A stretch of 64,000 bases of DNA, taken from the human T2T-CHM13v2.0 reference genome, Homo sapiens. The stretch is taken from assembly GCF_009914755.1 (NCBI RefSeq), contig NC_060934.1, one strand, 5' to 3'. Position 1 is the stretch's first letter; the number at the start of each line of letters is the position of its first letter. The notes under the pieces are model-generated. The model made no database searches. It was given only the letters and a program-made list of their open reading frames with translations, and was not told the origin of the DNA. The translations under genes were made by a program, and so were the position numbers. Below, in pieces: positions 58,331 through 64,000 of this stretch.

Positions 58331-58694
58331 AACAATAATATTATGATGATTACTACTGCTCCTAGTAGTTATATTTCTTGCAAGAATATTTTTATATTTC
58401 TAATACTAAAAAGGTACTAAAAATTAATTTTTATCAGTAGAATTCTAGTAAAGTAATTATAATGTATCCATCCAATGGCATACTGTATATGGGTAGTGAA
58501 ATGAACATTTTCAATAACACATTATTAAGTGAACAAAGGAAAATGCAGAACAGTGCATATTGTATGCTTGCATTGGTATGGAAAAGAAATGTATGTATTT
58601 CTGTATATCTACGAGACTTTATAATTGTTGATGAGGGTTATTCATTCTTTAAACTGTGTGACTTCTTTTTTTATATTTATTTTAAAAAGGAAAG

Positions 58695-58822
58695 TATTTT
58701 TCATAGAGACAAGGTTTTGCCATGATGCCCAGGCTGGTCTCAAACTCCTGGGCTCAAGTGATCTGTCTGCCTTGGCCTCCCAAAGTGCTGGAATTACAGG
58801 TGTGAGCCATGGCACCTGACCC
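58695..58822 (-). mobile_element. Alu left monomer (FLAM-C-like)
   Basis: tagagacaagg..ctcctgggctcaagtgatc..ttacaggtgtgagcca. Confidence 0.85.
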
Positions 58823-58979
58823 AAACTGCTGGAATTCTTAAGTTCTTTGTCATTTTTATAATGGTGAAAAAACTGTCATAGTAATTATAAGCAGGAAATA
58901 TTTATTGATATGAAAACCACACTCAATATATACCTAAATAAAAATATTAAGCTACAACAGTAAACATTTAGTCACTCTG

Positions 58980-59379
58980 TGTCTTAGTCCTTTTTGTGCT
59001 GCTATAACAGAATGCCAGGGACTGAGTAATTTATAAAAAAGAAAATGTGTTTCTCACTGTTCTGGAGGCTGGGAAGTTCAATATCAAGCTGTAGCATCTG
59101 GCGAGGACCTTCTTGCTGCATCATTCCATGGCAGAAGGCAAGAGGATGAGAAAGGGTGACAGTGAGAGAAAGAGAGAGCAAGCAAGAGAGGACCAAACTT
59201 GCTTTTATCAAGAAGCCACTCCCATGATAACTAACTCCTCCAATAGTGGCATTAATTCATTCATAAGGGCAGAGCCGTCATGACTTAATCACTTCTTAAA
59301 GGTTCCCCTCTCAACACTATTGCATTGAGAATTAAATTTCTAACACATAAACTTTGGGGGACCCATTTAAACCATAGCA
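58980..59379 (-). mobile_element. MaLR LTR, MSTD-like
   Basis: tgtcttagtcc..tgctgctataacagaat..aaccatagca. Confidence 0.85.
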
Positions 59380-59399
59380 CCCTAAAATTCATGTATACC

Positions 59400-60216
<817 letters not shown>

Positions 60217-61489
60217 ATATAAATAACTCTGGAAAGCCATTTGACAATATGTGAACACTGATTATTTCTTAGTAGTGACATACTTGGAAGTTGTATTTTT
60301 CTGGCCTACTTGATTTCTACACGTTAAAAAAATAAAATGAATATTATTTTGACATAAGACAAATAATTATAGATATTTAGATATATGTGTATATAAAATA
60401 TTAATATTCACTATCTCTTAAAAATCAATGTAGCTATTAGGTCTGTGATTTCTTGTATCTTCTATTACAAGCTTTCATTAATATTTAAATTAGATAATAT
60501 TTAAATTTAAATGGCATACTCTGGGTTTAATTTCAGCTTTAAAAATTCCTAGCTATTTTTAAATTAGTCTCTTTAAATATTTTTTTTTCTGAGCCTTTGT
60601 TTGCTTATCTGCATAATCCGAGGATTAAATTGAAAACAAACATGCAAACCCTTTGGCAATTTTGTAGATTCTTTACAAATGATAGTTGCTAATGTTATAA
60701 AGTTGTATGAGAGCATCATGTTCAATGACGGTTGAAAACATTGCATAAAATTGAAAAATAATACAAAGATGCTGCTGAAATTAATTATTCATCACACAAC
60801 TAGTCATATTCAGAAAGCATGCCTGCTCCACTGATTCCCTCTGTCAGCCTTCTGGCAACACTTAAATGGCTTTAACTACCTCATGGAAAGGTTGTTTCAC
60901 TTCAGTTTTCATGCTCAGCAGTGTTTAAAACAGTTTGTTTAACATAACAGAGGATCAATTAATTTTAACTGAATTAAGCTTTATTAATCATTGTTTTCAT
61001 CTAAAATAAATATTTTCAAGGTTATCATAATTTTTTCTTGTCTTTGTGAAATGAAACATTTAATTTGGTTCTCTATGAGGGGGAAATGTAAAGAGGATTA
61101 AAACAGTACTGGAATGAGCGCCTTAAAAAACTCACTAAACAAATTTGGTTGGCTCTCTGTTCCTCTTTCCTTTTGTTTCCTTTTTGATAATGCTTCTGTG
61201 AAACTGAAATCGCTTTCATCTAGGAACAGTTTCCTGGGTCTTTTTATGATCTGGGTATAGTTAGACAATCAGAGTTGAAATTTTAGAATTCATGTCTTCT
61301 TGGTGTTTGCCTTCTTTTAGAGGACACTTAAAGTTTTGAAAATTATTCCTGGATTTAAGAAGCCCTGAGTGCCTTTGATAAGAGATGGTGACTTTCAAGT
61401 GCTAATTGACACACTTGGTTTATCACAGGATGCCAAGATCACCAGATGAGACACCCAAAGAAAGACATCAAAATCTCTCCCCTTCAAAG

Positions 61490-62050
61490 GAGCTCCCATA
61501 CAGTTTGTTGGGAGTGCAAATTGGTGCAACTTATCTGGAGAACAATTTGCCAGTTATTTATCAAAATTGTAAACGCACCTACACTTTGAACCAGCAACCT
61601 CCCTACTTAGAATATATACTGTGGATATACAAACATAAATTATCCAGAATATAAGTACATGGATATTCTTTAAAGTATTTTTTTGTAATCACCAAAACAT
61701 TAGACAGAACTGTCCAACATATTGTGATAATGAAGGTAAAATATCTTTATTCTTAGGAATTGCATGCTGAAGAATTTAGGGAGAAGAGAAATATGACAAA
61801 AATGCTAACTGTGTTGAATCTAGATGATGAACACATGGGTGTTTATTGTACTATATCTGTTTTTCTCTATGTTGAACATTTTCATAAAATGTTTAAAAAA
61901 ATAGTTCATTGATAAGATATTGGACAAATAAATTATCTATAAAATGGTAAATATGTGGTTGTCAAATATGTAACAAAATAAATAATAAGTATATTTTTCA
62001 GTGAAAATGGTAAATGGCAGAAAACTAATCATCCCATGTAGAGTATCTGA
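61490..62050 (+). mobile_element. Old L1 3' fragments (L1ME/MC-like)
   Basis: gttgggagtgcaaattggtgcaac..ggagaacaatttgcca..tttgaaccagcaa. Confidence 0.65.
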
Positions 62051-62807
62051 AGAATTACTTTAGAATAAGGCTCTGGAGCTATGATGGAATAGCCTGCAGA
62101 AGGCAGATACTCCTACTGAGAACAATTAAAAAGCTGGATAGGATACAAAAAAAAGTGCTTGAAGGCATCAGAGAGTTACTGAAGCGACTAGGATTTGAGG
62201 GTACAAGAGCTCAGAGAGAAGAAAACCTTTAAGAAGATAACATCTGTAACTGCTTTTTATCCTCAGGGCGTTTGACTATTCTTGGTATTGAGCAAATAGT
62301 TGAGTAGCCTGGTGTAGAGCCAGGAAGATGTTTGCAGCTAAGAGAGAGAGAAGCCAGCAGAGTCTGGCAATTTCATGGAATGGGAGGGACAAAAATTAAA
62401 GTTTGGGGATATGAATGTCAGAGGTGTTTGAACCAGAGCACTCCATCTTGAATAGGGGCTGGGTAAAACAAGACTGAGACCTACTGAGCTGCAGTCCCAG
62501 GAGGTTAGGTGTTCTTAGCCACAGGATGAGATAGGAGGTTGGCACAAGACACAGGTCACAAAGACCTTGCTGATAAAACAGGATGTGGTAAAGAAACTGG
62601 CCAAAACACACCAAAATCAAGATGGCAATGAAAGTGACTTCTGGTCGTCCTGGCTGCTCATTATATGCTAATTATAATGTATTAGCAGGCTAAAAGACAC
62701 ACCTACCAGTGCCATGACAGTTTACAAATGCCATGGAAATGTGGGGAAGTTACCCTATATAGTCTAAAAAGGGGAGGAATCCTCATTTCTTGAAATTGCC
62801 CACCCCT

Positions 62808-62816
62808 TTCCCAGAA
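62808..62816 (+). promoter_or_regulatory. GAS (STAT) motif TTCCCAGAA in MER41B
   Basis: fits TTCNNNGAA at the position of the known MER41B tandem GAS; the upstream partner 62787-62795 (TTCTTGAAA) is degenerate. Confidence 0.6.
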
Positions 62817-62960
62817 AACTCATGAATAATCCACCACTTGTTTAGCATATAATCAAGAAATAACTATAAGTAGACTCAGTTCAGCAGCCCATGCCGCTGC
62901 TCTGCCTACGGGGTAGTCATTTTTTGTTTCTTAACTTTCTGAATAAACTTGCTTTCATTT

Positions 62961-63501
62961 TGTTACAGGGAAGGGGCCCCAGTCCAGACCCCAAGAGAGG
63001 GTTCTTGGATCACACGCAACAAAGAATCTAGGGCAAGTCTGTAAAGTGAAAGCAAGTTTATTAAGAAAGTAAAGAAATAAAAGAATGGCTACTCCATAGA
63101 GCAGCCCTGAGGGCTGCTGTTTGCCCATTTTTATGGTTATTTCTTGATGATATGCTAAACAAGGGGTGGATTATTTATGCCTTCCCTTTTTAGACCATAT
63201 AGGATAACTTCTTGATGTTGCCATGGCGTCTGGAAACTGTCATGGCGCTGGTGGGAGCGTGGCAGTGAGGGCAACCAGAGGTCACTCTCGTGGCCATCTT
63301 GGTTTTTTGGGTTTGGGCTGGCTTCTTTACTGCAACCTATTTTATTTGCAAGGTCTTTATGACCTGTATCTTGTGCTGACCTATCTCATCCTGTGACTTA
63401 GAATGCCTTAACTGCCTGGGAATGCAGCCCAGTAGGTTTCAGCCTCATTTTACCCAGCTCCTATTTAAGATAGAGTTGCTCTGGTTCAAATGCCTCTGAG
63501 A
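62961..63501 (-). mobile_element. MER41A-like solo LTR nested antisense in MER41B
   Basis: tgttacagggaaggggcc ... ctggttcaaatgcctctgaga; near-TSD attt/actt; lacks the GAS block. Confidence 0.92.
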
Positions 63502-64000
63502 ACTTTACTGTGTGGACTTACCCCAGATTCTTTCTTGCAAGGTCCAAGAACCCTCTCTTGGGGTCTGGATTGGGACCCCTTTCTGGTAACATGAATACAG
63601 CCAGAATATGGGGCGAAGGCAAGATCCTGGTGAAAAGAGAGGCATAGAAAATTAAGACCAGCGGCCAGTTTTGTCCTTCAGGCATTTGCCAAATTCCTAA
63701 ATGCAAAGTTTAAAAGTAAGCAGAATGCTCATGGAAGTCAGAGTGGCGTCTTTCGCCACTGAAAGACTTTTACCATTTCATAGTGCCAAGAAGACAAAAA
63801 TTACACTTCAGAATCCACTAAAAGGAGGGCCTTTGTAAAACCACTCAGACAGCTACAGGCTAGGGGTAGAAGTGAACCAGAGAAAATAAAACTTTATAAA
63901 AACTGTAACTCAAATTAAGTCAGCTCAGTCCCTAATTGGATGCAGATGACATGCCCACGCTTTGTGTACCAGAGGTAGAGGGAAGCTCATTTAGGGGACG

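Larger units (their letters stand above)
62416..63591 (+). mobile_element. MER41B-like solo LTR, interrupted at 62960/63502
   Basis: tgtcagaggtgtttgaaccagagc ... gggacccctttctggtaaca; TSD tgaa; carries the GAS-containing block. Confidence 0.93.
62060..64000 (+). mobile_element. Old L1M 5' region hosting the MER41 pair
   Basis: actgagaacaattaaaaagctggata..tgcttgaaggcatcagagag. Confidence 0.5.

Overview
This is primate (most likely human) non-coding genomic DNA. It is AT-rich, CpG-depleted and dominated by transposon relics: Alu, L1, L2, MIR, MaLR and ERV1 LTRs, and Tigger/Charlie/mariner DNA elements. I recognise no host protein-coding gene, RNA gene or CRISPR array, and I cannot name the locus. 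The recognisable ORFs in the track are L1 ORF2 remnants or translated Alu/LTR sequence; the rest look like chance ORFs. Repeat subfamily names come from recalled consensus sequences and need RepeatMasker/Dfam confirmation. Boundaries supported by target-site duplications (TSDs) are precise; the others are approximate. I see no evidence for a new gene system. The most unusual structures are: (1) a MADE1 mariner MITE with perfect 34-bp inverted arms that has captured an inverted, gap-free copy of a neighbouring trimeric Alu; (2) a MER41A LTR inserted antisense inside a GAS-bearing MER41B LTR, giving an interleaved A-B'-A'-B fold-back; (3) an ERV1 relic whose LTR is split across opposite strands by a ~2 kb inversion; (4) a solo HERV-H LTR7 within a four-element nest; (5) several small template-switch palindromes and candidate exons or enhancers in unique sequence.
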